In this document: in pieces, positions 1-9,716 of the stretch
Layout of the letters: the number at the start of each line of letters is the position of its first letter
Position numbering within the stretch: position 1 is the first letter of the stretch
NCBI GenBank assembly: GCA_963777155.1
Contig: CAVZPM010000017.1
Coordinates: 1-30,184 of the forward strand
Length of the DNA stretch: 30,184 nucleotides
Origin: Candidatus Bathyarchaeota archaeon
Lineage (GTDB): Archaea; Thermoproteota; Bathyarchaeia; Bathyarchaeales; Bathycorpusculaceae
Direction of reading: 5' to 3'
Translations under genes and position numbers: made by a program
Notes under the pieces: generated by a model
Seen by the model: the letters and a program-made list of their open reading frames with translations, nothing else
Databases searched by the model: none
What the model was told of the DNA's origin: nothing

Positions 1-1175
1 GGTTTTTTGGCTTTTTCCAACTCTTTTTTAAGCAGGTCAGCCTTGTCAGTCTTTTCCCAAGGAAACTCTACGTCTTCGCGGCCAAAGTGGCCAAAGACGG
101 CTGTTTTCTTGTAGATGGGTCTTAGCAGGTCTAGTTGGTCAATTATTGCTTTAGGTCGCATGTCAAAGTATTTCGTGACCAAGGCTAAGATTTGTTCGTC
201 TGGGAGTTTGCCTGTCTCATTGGTGCTTACCAACACCGATATTGGTTGAGCAACACCGATAGCGTAGGAAATCTGGACTTCGCATTGTTCAGCTAACCCT
301 GAAGCGACAACGTTTTTGGCGATGTATCTTGCCATGTAACAGCCAGAACGATCCACTTTTGATGGGTCTTTGCCGCTGAAACATCCGCCTCCGTGGCTTC
401 CAACTCCACCGTAAGTATCAACGATGATTTTTCTTCCTGTTAAACCTGAGTCGGCAAGGGTTCCGCCAATGACGAATCTGCCTGTACCGTTAATAACGTA
501 TTTTATGTCTTCAGCCAACATGTTTGGTGGGATTACGTATTTAATGACCTTTTCGATTACATCTTTCTTTAGTGTCGCGTCGTCGACTTTGCCGTTATTC
601 TGTGCAGCGATTACTACGGTTTTTACGCACTTTGGTTTGCAGCAATCATATTCAACAGTAACCTGAGATTTGCAGTCCGGTCGAAGATAAGGCATGATTT
701 TTGTTTTTCTACATTCCGCTAGACGTTTAACAAGTTTATGCGCTAGTACTATGGGCAACGGCATAAGTTCTTTTGTCTCATTAGATGCATACCCAAAAAC
801 CATCCCTTGGTCTCCAGCACCTTGCTCGTGACCTTTAGACTCAGTTACTCCCATGGAAATGTCCGGAGACTGCTCAGTTAATGAAACTAAAACGCCGCAT
901 GTTTCCCAATCTAAACCATCTTTTGCGTTGTCAAACCCAATTTCCTGCAGAGTTTGACGGACAATTTTTGGGATATTAACATAGGCGCAAGTTGTTATTT
1001 GACCCGTAATCATTACTGTTCCCTGCATGACAAGGGTTTCACAGTCTACACGCGCTTTGGGGTCATGGGTGAATATTGCGTCTAAAACGCTGTCGGATAT
1101 TTGGTCTGCAACTTTATCGGGGTGACCTTCTCCAACTGATTCGGATGTGAACAAGTATCTTCCATTTTTTTTCAT
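1..1175 (-). CDS. metK: S-adenosylmethionine synthetase, bacterial/eukaryotic type (3' end runs off the window)
   Basis: Not in the ORF track. Manual minus-strand translation from ATG at 1175 gives [28 protein letters not shown]...[14 protein letters not shown]...[14 protein letters not shown]...[18 protein letters not shown]...FGHFGR...PWEKTD, i.e. the classic MetK signatures. No stop before position 1. Confidence 0.97.
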   Translation of the reverse strand, partial: MKKNGRYLFTSESVGEGHPDKVADQISDSVLDAIFTHDPKARVDCETLVMQGTVMITGQITTCAYVNIPKIVRQTLQEIGFDNAKDGLDWETCGVLVSLTEQSPDISMGVTESKGHEQGAGDQGMVFGYASNETKELMPLPIVLAHKLVKRLAECRKTKIMPYLRPDCKSQVTVEYDCCKPKCVKTVVIAAQNNGKVDDATLKKDVIEKVIKYVIPPNMLAEDIKYVINGTGRFVIGGTLADSGLTGRKIIVDTYGGVGSHGGGCFSGKDPSKVDRSGCYMARYIAKNVVASGLAEQCEVQISYAIGVAQPISVLVSTNETGKLPDEQILALVTKYFDMRPKAIIDQLDLLRPIYKKTAVFGHFGREDVEFPWEKTDKADLLKKELEKAKK

Positions 1176-1329
1176 TAGATTCTCTCTTCCGTTCAATCGT
1201 GTGATAGGCATAGTAACTTGCCATTTTTCTTAAAAGGCTTTCGACAATGCAGACAACTATTCGATAAACAAATTCAAGGCAGATGCTTTACAAAAACCAT
1301 TTTTAGTCCTAAACTAACAAACACACAGG

Positions 1330-1737
1330 ATGTCGATGAAAAGAACTGTGATTAGCCAAAATGCGCCCAAACCCCTTGGTCCTTACAGTCAAGCTGTGGA
1401 AGCTGGAAATTTCCTATTTGTTTCCGGACAACTGGCTGTTGATCCAAAGGAAGGTCAACTAATCGTTGAAAGCATAAACCTTCAAACACACCAAGTTATG
1501 GAAAACATCAAATCCATTTTAGAAGCTGCAGGTTATAACCTAAAAGATGTGGTTCAATCTACCGTATACCTTTCCTTAATGTCGTTGTTTGAAGAGTTTA
1601 ACCTCGAATACGCCAAATACTTTGAGACTAATTTTCCCGCCAGATTAGCGGTTGGAATAGAGCTCAAGTCAGGTGCACTTGTTGAGGTTTCTGTTGTTGC
1701 CTTCAAAAACCGACCTCTTCAATTTGACAAGTTATAA
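1330..1737 (+). CDS. ridA: RidA/YjgF/UK114 family imine deaminase
   Basis: APKPLGPYSQAV, FVSGQL, FPAR (catalytic Arg) and LVEV motifs. Confidence 0.92.
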   Translation: MSMKRTVISQNAPKPLGPYSQAVEAGNFLFVSGQLAVDPKEGQLIVESINLQTHQVMENIKSILEAAGYNLKDVVQSTVYLSLMSLFEEFNLEYAKYFETNFPARLAVGIELKSGALVEVSVVAFKNRPLQFDKL

Positions 1738-1764
1738 AAACCCTGTCACCTCTTAACTATTAAG

Positions 1765-2400
1765 GTGCATAACATGGCCTCATCCCTCAAGAAATTCATG
1801 CAGGAAATTGCAGGAAAAAAAGCCCCCGGGCCATCAACCACCTTCACAATATTCCATGTTTTCTATGCTTTGGAATTACTGTCGGAGAGATCGTTGGGCA
1901 GAAACAAATTAGCTGAAAAACTCAACGTTGGGGATGGTGCGGTACGCACCATAATAAGCAGACTAAGAGAAGCTGATTTGATTGAAACCTCTAAAGAAGG
2001 CTGCAACTTAACCCAAAAAGGTTTGGATATTTGGCGACAATTTCAAGAAATTTTCCCTAAACGAGTCGAAATTCCAAGATCCGAATTGGCTCAATCTGAG
2101 TTTAATTTCGCTTTTTTGGTTAAAAAAAGTGCGCAGAAGGTAGAGTCTGGGATTGATCAGCGCGATGCAGCCATTATTGCGGGTGCTCGCAAAGCCTTAG
2201 TCATCGTTCTTAAGAATGGGCATCTATGCATCGAATCCGTGAGCGATTGTATAGAAAAGCAATATCCTAAAGCTGCAAACCTACTTCTTAAAGAATTGAT
2301 GCCCCAAGAAGACGACGTTATCATCATCTCAGGTGCTGAATCATACCTGAAGGCTAAACGCGGCGCGTTTGCAGCAAGTTGGTCTCTGATCAGCATTTAA
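1765..2400 (+). CDS. Archaeal winged-HTH protein (DUF4443/PH0730-like putative regulator)
   Basis: N-terminal GRNKLAEKLNVGDGAVRTIISRL helix-turn-helix; C-terminal GIDQRDAAIIAGA motif. Confidence 0.7.
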   Translation: MHNMASSLKKFMQEIAGKKAPGPSTTFTIFHVFYALELLSERSLGRNKLAEKLNVGDGAVRTIISRLREADLIETSKEGCNLTQKGLDIWRQFQEIFPKRVEIPRSELAQSEFNFAFLVKKSAQKVESGIDQRDAAIIAGARKALVIVLKNGHLCIESVSDCIEKQYPKAANLLLKELMPQEDDVIIISGAESYLKAKRGAFAASWSLISI

Positions 2401-3158
2401 GTTGTGTATTTTTCTCCTTCGTTCAAAATGCGTTCAAGCATCGTGTTAACGTTTACCATGCCTTCGTTCGATTTAGACGAAACAGGCATCAACAAGAACC
2501 TCAAGCCAAGTTTATTGATGGCTTGCATCATGTTACGACTGAACAAGCGTTTCGTTCCCTCGAGTCTTTCTTCAATGGCATCTTCTAAAGCATTGGTGTT
2601 TGCTGACCAACTTGCAATAGCCTGTACATCTTTTTTGGGTATCAAGTCGCTTTTTGAGAGAATATGTATTTGTGGCTGGAAAAACCTGTTGTAAACTGCT
2701 GCGGACAAGAACATGTTCGAAACATAGTTTAACGGGTTAATTGAGAAAACAGCGTCGAAGAGATAGATTAGTGCTTTAGGCTCTTTGGTTAATTCATTAA
2801 CGATGTATGGACCGCTTGCGCGGAAAGCAAACAACTCCATTTGACCAGGAGTGTCTACAAGTACGATGTCTGCGTGGGCTTCCTCGATGTCGCGGGTTAA
2901 GTTTTCAATCTCATCCGCTATTAAATCAGCAGCCATAACTAAAGCGCCGTTTGGACCTAAACCATATTTTTCCATTATGTTGCCAACCTCTACGTAGTTT
3001 CGGACATCAACATCTGGTTGGTAAGGCAGTTTTAATGCTCCAGGATCCAAATTGACCACTGCAACGTCCTGCTTTGACATTTTAAGCCATTCGGCAAATG
3101 CTGCCGTGAAGAGGGATTTGCCAGAGCCAGCAGTTCCAATAATAAAAGCTAGGGGCAC
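2397..3158 (-). CDS. GPN-loop GTPase (archaeal ATP/GTP-binding protein)
   Basis: P-loop GTAGSGKS, NLDPG, GLGPNG (GPN loop), DTPGQMELF, SKSD. Its stop overlaps the convergent gene at 2397-2400. Confidence 0.95.
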   Translation of the reverse strand: MPLAFIIGTAGSGKSLFTAAFAEWLKMSKQDVAVVNLDPGALKLPYQPDVDVRNYVEVGNIMEKYGLGPNGALVMAADLIADEIENLTRDIEEAHADIVLVDTPGQMELFAFRASGPYIVNELTKEPKALIYLFDAVFSINPLNYVSNMFLSAAVYNRFFQPQIHILSKSDLIPKKDVQAIASWSANTNALEDAIEERLEGTKRLFSRNMMQAINKLGLRFLLMPVSSKSNEGMVNVNTMLERILNEGEKYTT

Positions 3159-3342
3159 AGTATTATCTCCAATCTACCGACTATCATACGTAGAGTAAAG
3201 AACCTTTCTACTCTCTGTTATTTGGAAAAAACTAAGCGATGAAACAGGGTGGAGGGTACAAAAACAATTTGTTTTCATTTTAGACGATTGTTAGAGTATG
3301 CTCGCATTCAAACAAAACTAGAAAGGAAAGAATGGGTTTAGT

Positions 3343-4449
3343 TTACTGTGTTTTTCCCATGGGGCTTTTGCGGAGTTCCTCAATATATTTGGGGTCCTCC
3401 CGTAAAACTTTGGGTATGTAGTTGCATGCTGGGTCAGATTCGAAGAGGTCGCCAGTGTAGAATTCTGCTCGTGTTCTGCATCCGCCACAGATCTCTCTGT
3501 ATTCGCATACTCCACATCTGCCTTTGAGGTTGCTTTTATCGCGCAGTTTGAGGTGGAACTCGCTTTTTTGGAGTTGCTCCCAGGCGGTGCGTAGCTTTGT
3601 ATCTTTGACGTTGCCGATTCGGTAGCCTTCGTGGAAGCCGCAGCTTCGGTAGTCACCGTTTTCTGTGATGCCGATATAGTTGCCGCCGATGGTACATCTG
3701 CCCAAGTATCCTTCGTTGAACCAGTCCCAGAAGTCAACAGGGTTCTTCTGTTTGACTATGCGTGCGTAGAAGGGTGCGTAAACATTGACTTTGACTTTAC
3801 CATAGAGCTTGCGTTGTATGTCATAGATTTCGTTGAATGCGACTTCATATTGTTCGGAGGTCGGTGCGAGGTCTTCCATGTGTTCACCTGCCCGTCCTAC
3901 TGGCACGAGGTTGTGGTAGACAACTGAGCGGGCTTTGTATTCTTCCGCCAAAGCCGCTGTGTGTGCCATCTGGTGAATGTTATATTTAGTCATGGTTGTG
4001 ACTAAACAATCAAGTAAGCCAACGCTGGATAGTTTCTTCATGGCGTGTAGGGCTTTGTCGTAGCCACCTTGGCGTCTTATTTTGTCGTTTGTATCTTTCA
4101 TTCCATCGATGCTAATGGCTGTTTTAACATTATATTTGCGCAGTTTATCGAAGCGTTCTTCATCCCAAGCATAGCCGCTTGTGATTAGACTGACGTTGAG
4201 GTTATGCTTCTTTTCAGCGTACTCTATTATTTCCCAAATGTCCGGTCGGACTAGGGGCTCTCCCCCGCTGATTCCGAACCATTGTGAGCCGAACTCTGCC
4301 ATTTCGTCAACCATATGTTTGGCTTGTTCGGTGCTTAGTTCTTGGTCTTTAGCGTAATCTTTAATGTAACTGCAATATGTGCAAGTGCCGACACAGTTGC
4401 GAGTACACCGCCAAACAACCATAAACAAGGGAGTCGTGGTTGGATTCAT
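3343..4449 (-). CDS. Radical SAM/SPASM-domain protein (NirJ/AhbC/AhbD-like)
   Basis: CVGTCTYC motif, SGGEPL, ISIDG, PVGRA; SPASM cysteines C...C...CGVCEYREICGGCR...DPAC. Confidence 0.92.
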   Translation of the reverse strand: MNPTTTPLFMVVWRCTRNCVGTCTYCSYIKDYAKDQELSTEQAKHMVDEMAEFGSQWFGISGGEPLVRPDIWEIIEYAEKKHNLNVSLITSGYAWDEERFDKLRKYNVKTAISIDGMKDTNDKIRRQGGYDKALHAMKKLSSVGLLDCLVTTMTKYNIHQMAHTAALAEEYKARSVVYHNLVPVGRAGEHMEDLAPTSEQYEVAFNEIYDIQRKLYGKVKVNVYAPFYARIVKQKNPVDFWDWFNEGYLGRCTIGGNYIGITENGDYRSCGFHEGYRIGNVKDTKLRTAWEQLQKSEFHLKLRDKSNLKGRCGVCEYREICGGCRTRAEFYTGDLFESDPACNYIPKVLREDPKYIEELRKSPMGKTQ

Positions 4450-4756
4450 TTATTTCACAGTGGAAATAGTTTGCCCAGCTGATATAAAACTTACTCTAAA
4501 AAAATGATTATTTCCTTTTTTAAAAAAACTGCAAAAAGCAGCCCATTTTTGCTAATTAGAAGAAGAAAATGGTCTCACATAAATCGTTTCTTCTTCTCTT
4601 CAGACTTTTCTGTTGCCTGTATTTTGTTTTTTACAGCTACTACAAACTAGAGGAAGAAATTATTGTTTTTAGGGAAACCACTTTTTATTCTTTAAATTTA
4701 CTGAAAGAAAAATACGATAAAAACATGCCAACAATTTTCCCATACCTTCTACGTCT

Positions 4757-5233
4757 TTATTCGGTTAAAGCACTGGTTTTTCGTTTGCTCTGTAGCATCC
4801 CTTCTACAGCGAAAACCCCAAAAGCCAACCCCGTTATAAGAGTGAGAAGGAAGAAGAAAACTTTGAATTCACTTGTCTCAACCGCATAATGAAGGATTAA
4901 AATAATGATTTCAACGATTAAGATTGCAAGGAACAATGAGGCATAGAGCCACATCTTGGGTAACAATCGGTTGCCAACCCAAACCTGTCCCCTGATATGC
5001 GCTTTTCGTTTAACGGTATATTCACCATACTCGTTTTTCTGTAAATCTCCAAGATCTTCTAGCTTCTGCAGGTGCCTGTAGGCGACGCTGGGGCTGCTAA
5101 GTCCGACGCCTTTCATGACGTCTCGGGGACCAACAGGCTTCCCCTTATTGACAGTATACATGTATACTGCTAAGGTTATTCCTTCAAGTGCATTGTTCTC
5201 TGCAGTCGTCAAAGTTTTCTGCTCCTTAGCCAA
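4757..5233 (-). CDS. Winged-HTH protein with two C-terminal transmembrane helices (putative membrane-tethered regulator)
   Basis: GPRDVMKGVGLSSPSVAYRHLQKLEDLG HTH plus wing, followed by two hydrophobic stretches. Divergent from rnfD. Confidence 0.75.
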   Translation of the reverse strand: MAKEQKTLTTAENNALEGITLAVYMYTVNKGKPVGPRDVMKGVGLSSPSVAYRHLQKLEDLGDLQKNEYGEYTVKRKAHIRGQVWVGNRLLPKMWLYASLFLAILIVEIIILILHYAVETSEFKVFFFLLTLITGLAFGVFAVEGMLQSKRKTSALTE

Positions 5234-5370
5234 AGATAGTTTGTTGCCTACATGTATTAGGCTTTACCCAAAGCACGGTTTGCTGGCTTGGATTTGCATA
5301 TCCGCTATCTCCGAAAGAGTTTAATAGATAAGACTTTAAATAAAATTCTTCATTTGAGAAGGTTAATCAA

Positions 5371-6495
5371 ATGAGTAATCAATCACCAAACGATCTAGTT
5401 GTAAACCCAGCACCCCACATTACCGGTTCAATGTCAAAGAATCGCATGATGCAGTACACCTTTTTCGCTATACTTGCAGTAACCGTTGTTACAATCGCAC
5501 TCTGGTCAGAAGTCACCACTCCTTCAGGATGGAACCTAGGCTTAACCGTCGCCATCGGCGCACTCATCGCAGTCGGCATAGCAGTCGCAGTTGACCTATT
5601 GATCGGCAAATTAGCAGCTGATAGCGAAGTAAACACTTGGTCCGCCGGAGTATTTGGTTTAATCGTCATTAATTGTTTTACTCTCGGATTCCCATCAATG
5701 GCAATGGGACAGGAAACTGGAATACCTGTCGAAGCACCCCTCGCATTCTTCTACATCGCCTTAATATCACTCATAGGTATTGTTGTTTTCAAGAAAATTG
5801 CAGGTTTAGCAGGAAGAAAACCAGTAAACCCCGCGGCAGCAGCCAAATTCCTCGTACTACTACCAGCCACAATGACAACTCTCATTACAAGCTGGCACCT
5901 AACAAGTGGGCTCCTCAAAGTTCCATCACTGGCAGGCGGCATAGGCGCAACCATTGTTGGCAGCAACGGAGGTTCTGCAGGATATCCATCATTTGCTGGC
6001 TACCTACAAACCTGCTATAGCTTACCTACCGTAACGTCTCCGGCTAGCCTTGAATCAGTTATGCTATTGGCAAAGTATCACGGATGGGTCGGCGGAGCAA
6101 GCAGTATCGCGGTCATCGTAGCAGGTATCGCACTCTTTGTAATCGGACGTAAATACATTAAATGGAAAATCACCGCAAGTTACCTCCTCGCTATTGCAGT
6201 ACTCTCATTGACATTCTCTTTCATGTTCGGCGACGCAGACTTAACCACAAGACTATTCTTCGAACTATTCATCGGTAGCTCAATATTCATGGCGTTCTTC
6301 ATGGCCACGGATCCCGCGACAACACCCTTTAGCGGAGTCGGACAAATTATCTTCGGCGTCGGCCTGGCGGTTCTGACTATTCTGATACAAACCTTTATGG
6401 GCTTCTTTGGCGGCTCACTGCTAGCATTGCTCATCATGAACTTAACAGTCCCGCTTATTGACCGTGTTCGCATCGGCAAACCCTTCGGGAGATGA
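5371..6495 (+). CDS. rnfD: RnfD/NqrB family membrane subunit (divergent)
   Basis: PAPHI start, GRKPVNPAAAA, IKWKI, FFMATDPATTP; many TM helices; ATGA overlap with rnfC. Confidence 0.85.
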   Translation: MSNQSPNDLVVNPAPHITGSMSKNRMMQYTFFAILAVTVVTIALWSEVTTPSGWNLGLTVAIGALIAVGIAVAVDLLIGKLAADSEVNTWSAGVFGLIVINCFTLGFPSMAMGQETGIPVEAPLAFFYIALISLIGIVVFKKIAGLAGRKPVNPAAAAKFLVLLPATMTTLITSWHLTSGLLKVPSLAGGIGATIVGSNGGSAGYPSFAGYLQTCYSLPTVTSPASLESVMLLAKYHGWVGGASSIAVIVAGIALFVIGRKYIKWKITASYLLAIAVLSLTFSFMFGDADLTTRLFFELFIGSSIFMAFFMATDPATTPFSGVGQIIFGVGLAVLTILIQTFMGFFGGSLLALLIMNLTVPLIDRVRIGKPFGR

Positions 6496-7790
6496 ACAAA
6501 ATGGCAAACTTAGTTGAAATAAAAGAACAAAAAGACATTGCAAGAAAAACCCCTATCGAAATCTTCCCTGACCCAAAAATCGCAGTCGTACTCACCAACC
6601 AACAATCCGGGGCAACTAACAGTCCCCTGGTTTCTGTTGGCGACATCGTGGTCATCGGACAAAAAATCGCAGACTCCAAGGAACGCATAAGCGCACCAGT
6701 CCACAGCCCAATCAGCGGCAAAGTTATAAAAATCGCAAACGTTTTCAACAGCTGCTTTGAATACGCAACTGAAGCAATCTACATCGAAGGCGATGGCAAA
6801 AAAGTCAAAGACAAAACCCTGACTCCAATTTCTGAAGCTGAACTCAAAGACACCTCAAACGAAGTACTGCTAAAACGTATCCGCGAAGCAGGAATCATCG
6901 GAATGGGCGGCGCAGGTTTCCCAACTAGCATCAAACTGTCCATCCCCGCAGACAAGAAAATAACAACCCTGATCGTAAACGGAGCAGAAGGCGAACCATA
7001 CGACACAGCAGACGAACGCTTAATGATTGAGAAAACCGCAAACCTTGTACGTGGTGTCCGCGTCATACGCAAACTTCTGGGCAATCCCAAAGTTATCGTT
7101 GTAACCAAAGAAAGCAAAGTTGAAGCTATACCTAAACTTCAGGAAGCATTCGGTAAAGAACCAGAAACCCAAGTTATCGCAAAACACCTGACCTACCAAC
7201 AGGGCGACGCAAGTGTCCTGCAAAAAGCAATCCTTGGCTACGAGGTACCGCCAGGCAAACGCAGTTACGAAATGGGTACCATCGTACAGAACGTCTCAAC
7301 CATAAACGCGATTGCAAATGCCGTATTCGACGGTGAACCACTCATATCCAGAGTCACAACCCTTAATGGTGATGTTGCAAAACCAAAAAATCTACTGGTG
7401 AAAATTGGCACCCCGATAGCTGATATACTGAGCCAAAGCAACTTAAACGCAAAAGACATCGGAAACATAGTCGTCGGCGGAGTAATGATGGGAACCGCTC
7501 TCCAAACAATTGACGCTCCAGTAACCAAACGAACGTCAAGCATAATCTACTTCACAAAAAGCACCGTTAAAAAACTCAAGAAAGCAACAGCTTGCATTCA
7601 CTGCGGAAGATGCCTCAACGCTTGTCCAGTACGTCTACAGCCCATAGCAATCTACAACGCAGTAACGAAGGGCGACTTCGCAAAAGCTGAAAAACTCTGG
7701 GCCAAAGACTGTCTAGTATGCGGAACATGCTCGTTTGTCTGTCCATCACGACTGCCCCTAGCTAGCACCATCAAGATGGCGCGTCAATAA
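6492..7790 (+). CDS. rnfC: RnfC/RsxC family flavin-Fe-S NAD(H) oxidoreductase subunit
   Basis: VHSPISGKV, GIIGMGGAGFP, NGAEGEPY, GGVMMG, and two 4Fe-4S motifs (CIHCGRCLNACP, CLVCGTCSFVCP). Confidence 0.9.
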   Translation: MNKMANLVEIKEQKDIARKTPIEIFPDPKIAVVLTNQQSGATNSPLVSVGDIVVIGQKIADSKERISAPVHSPISGKVIKIANVFNSCFEYATEAIYIEGDGKKVKDKTLTPISEAELKDTSNEVLLKRIREAGIIGMGGAGFPTSIKLSIPADKKITTLIVNGAEGEPYDTADERLMIEKTANLVRGVRVIRKLLGNPKVIVVTKESKVEAIPKLQEAFGKEPETQVIAKHLTYQQGDASVLQKAILGYEVPPGKRSYEMGTIVQNVSTINAIANAVFDGEPLISRVTTLNGDVAKPKNLLVKIGTPIADILSQSNLNAKDIGNIVVGGVMMGTALQTIDAPVTKRTSSIIYFTKSTVKKLKKATACIHCGRCLNACPVRLQPIAIYNAVTKGDFAKAEKLWAKDCLVCGTCSFVCPSRLPLASTIKMARQ

Positions 7791-7796
7791 AGAACT

Positions 7797-7828
7797 CCCC
7801 TTTTATCTTTTCTTTTATTTTTTTATTC
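7797..7828 (+). terminator. C-run plus oligo-T tract, likely archaeal terminator after rnfC
   Basis: ccccttttatcttttcttttattttttt directly after the stop. Similar tracts follow 8627 and 9619. Confidence 0.5.
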
Positions 7829-7912
7829 TAATTGCGAACTTCAATTGATTGTGTTATTCGTGCGATTGCTTGTGTGAGGTTATAGCGGGTTACCTTTTGG
7901 TGTCAAAGAATG

Positions 7913-7966
7913 CAAGCATTAAGCTTATAAACACGTCACCACGTAAAATAAGTCAAGGGATAAAAA
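7913..7966 (+). promoter_or_regulatory. BRE/TATA promoter and leader of membrane protein copy 1
   Basis: caagcattaagcttataaa...gtaaaata...aagggata; the block is conserved at 8912-8967. Confidence 0.65.
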
Positions 7967-8627
7967 TTGGAAGAAAACAAATTCAAGTTATCGGACATCT
8001 TCGGCGGCATTATTATTCCAATGATTCTAGTAATTCTAATTTATGTTCTTGCGGTTTACGTTAACGTTGGCGGACAACACCATGTTCTTCGGTGCAACAA
8101 ACACGATCGCGGTCATTCTCGTTAACGGCTTTGCAGAAATGATTATTCTCGGTATCCCATTGGTTTTAGGCTTGCTATGGAATAAATGGGCAGGTGGAGC
8201 TGCAGGCTTCATCATGGGCGGCCTCTATTACGTAGCGCAAGCAGGTCATTATAACGCAATTTATGCAGGTGCAGGAGTAACTACTTACAACTTCTTTGGT
8301 GACATCAGTATGCTCTACTGGATTGTCTACGGTGTTATCATTGGCTACATGGCTGGCGCACTCAACAATGGATCTACAACCTTCAAACGAATGCTCCTCT
8401 CAGGTTTGACTGCTTCGGTGATAGTCTCAGTACTCAAAGCTTACTTGAATTACACTATCTCGCTTGCACCCGCAAGACAGATGGCTCAAGACTCTTGGAC
8501 ACAAGATCCAGTGTTGGCTGTCGTAACTAATTTTGTGCCATTAATTGCATTAGGCGTAATCGTACCGATACTCGGCAAAGTAATGACCTGGTATGGCATT
8601 CAGCCTCAAAGGCATTCAGCCTATTAA
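7967..8627 (+). CDS. Integral membrane protein, ECF S-component-like, copy 1 (one +1 frameshift near 8089)
   Basis: TTG at 7967 gives MEENKFKLSDIFGGIIIP...GGQHHVL, matching copy 2, then an extra base shifts into ORF 8043-8627. Gly-rich TM motif LGLLWNKWAGGAAGF. Confidence 0.7.
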
Positions 8628-8911
8628 CCTCCCCCTACTTCTTTTCTTAATCAATCTATTTTGGAATCAGAAGCACCAGAGTTTTCCTCACAGTTTGTAA
8701 GTGTTCATACGTAACCTTGTATCAATCGATTTCACTCTGTTTCTACGCCTGTCTTGGCGAACATAGTCCGCAGCGAAATTCGAAGAAAAAATTCGTGTCT
8801 TCTTATGGTATAGAGATTGGTCATGTTGCGGCTTTAAGGCTACAGAAATAGTGGCGCTCCTTGGGAGTTATTTGCAATTTGCATGGATACAAATTCTTGG
8901 AAGAAAGCTTT

Positions 8912-8967
8912 CAAGCATTAAAGCTTATAAATATGCCATCATGTAAAATAGAGGTAAGGGATAGAAA
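8912..8967 (+). promoter_or_regulatory. BRE/TATA promoter and leader of membrane protein copy 2
   Basis: caagcattaaagcttataaa...gtaaaata...aagggata; homologous to 7913-7966. Confidence 0.65.
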
Positions 8968-9619
8968 TTGGCAGAAAACAAAATTAACCCATCAATAATC
9001 TTCGGCGGCATTATCATTCCATTAATTTTAGCATTACTTATCTATGTTCTTGCGGTTTACGTCAACGTTGGCGGACAACACCATGTTTTGGGTGCGACAA
9101 ACACGATCGCGGTCATTCTCGTTAACGGCTTTGCAGAAATGATTATTCTCGGTATCCCATTGGTTTTAGGCTTGCTGTGGAATAAATGGGCAGGTGGAGC
9201 TGCAGGCTTCGTCATGGGCGGCCTTTATTACGTAGCGCAAGCAGGTCATTATAACGCACTTTATGCAAGTGCAGGAGTAACTACTTACAACTTCTTTGGT
9301 GACATCAGTATGCTCTACTGGATTGTCTACGGTGTTATCATTGGCTACATGGCTGGCGCACTCAACAACGGCTCAACCAACTTTAAACGACTGATTGGCG
9401 CAGGTTTGACTGCTTCGGTGATAGTCTCAGTACTCAAAGCTTACTTGAATTATACTATCTCGCTTGAACCCGCAAGACAGATGGCTCAGGACTCTTGGGA
9501 CAGTAGATCCAGTGTTGGCTGTCGTAACTAATTTTGTGCCATTAATTGCATTAGGCGTAATCGTACCGATACTCGGCAAAGTAATGACCTGGTATGGCAT
9601 TCAGCCACAGAGGCACTAA
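8968..9619 (+). CDS. Integral membrane protein, ECF S-component-like, copy 2 (one +1 frameshift near 9499)
   Basis: Near-identical to copy 1. An extra G in tcttgggacag shifts the frame; the corrected end reads DPVLAVVTNFVPLIALG...WYGIQPQRH*, with TAA at 9617-9619. Confidence 0.7.
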
Positions 9620-9716
9620 AAACCCCACTCTCTTTTCTTTTTTTAAATTCTTTAAAGAACAATTTCGCTATTCTTATTGCCAAAATCTTTTAAAAAAATT
9701 AGAATAAAAAGAAAAT

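Noticed and set aside
3318-3737. Ser/Thr/Ala-rich 139-aa ORF resembling a precursor or surface peptide
   Set aside because: It is an alternative frame lying almost wholly within the well-supported SPASM gene.
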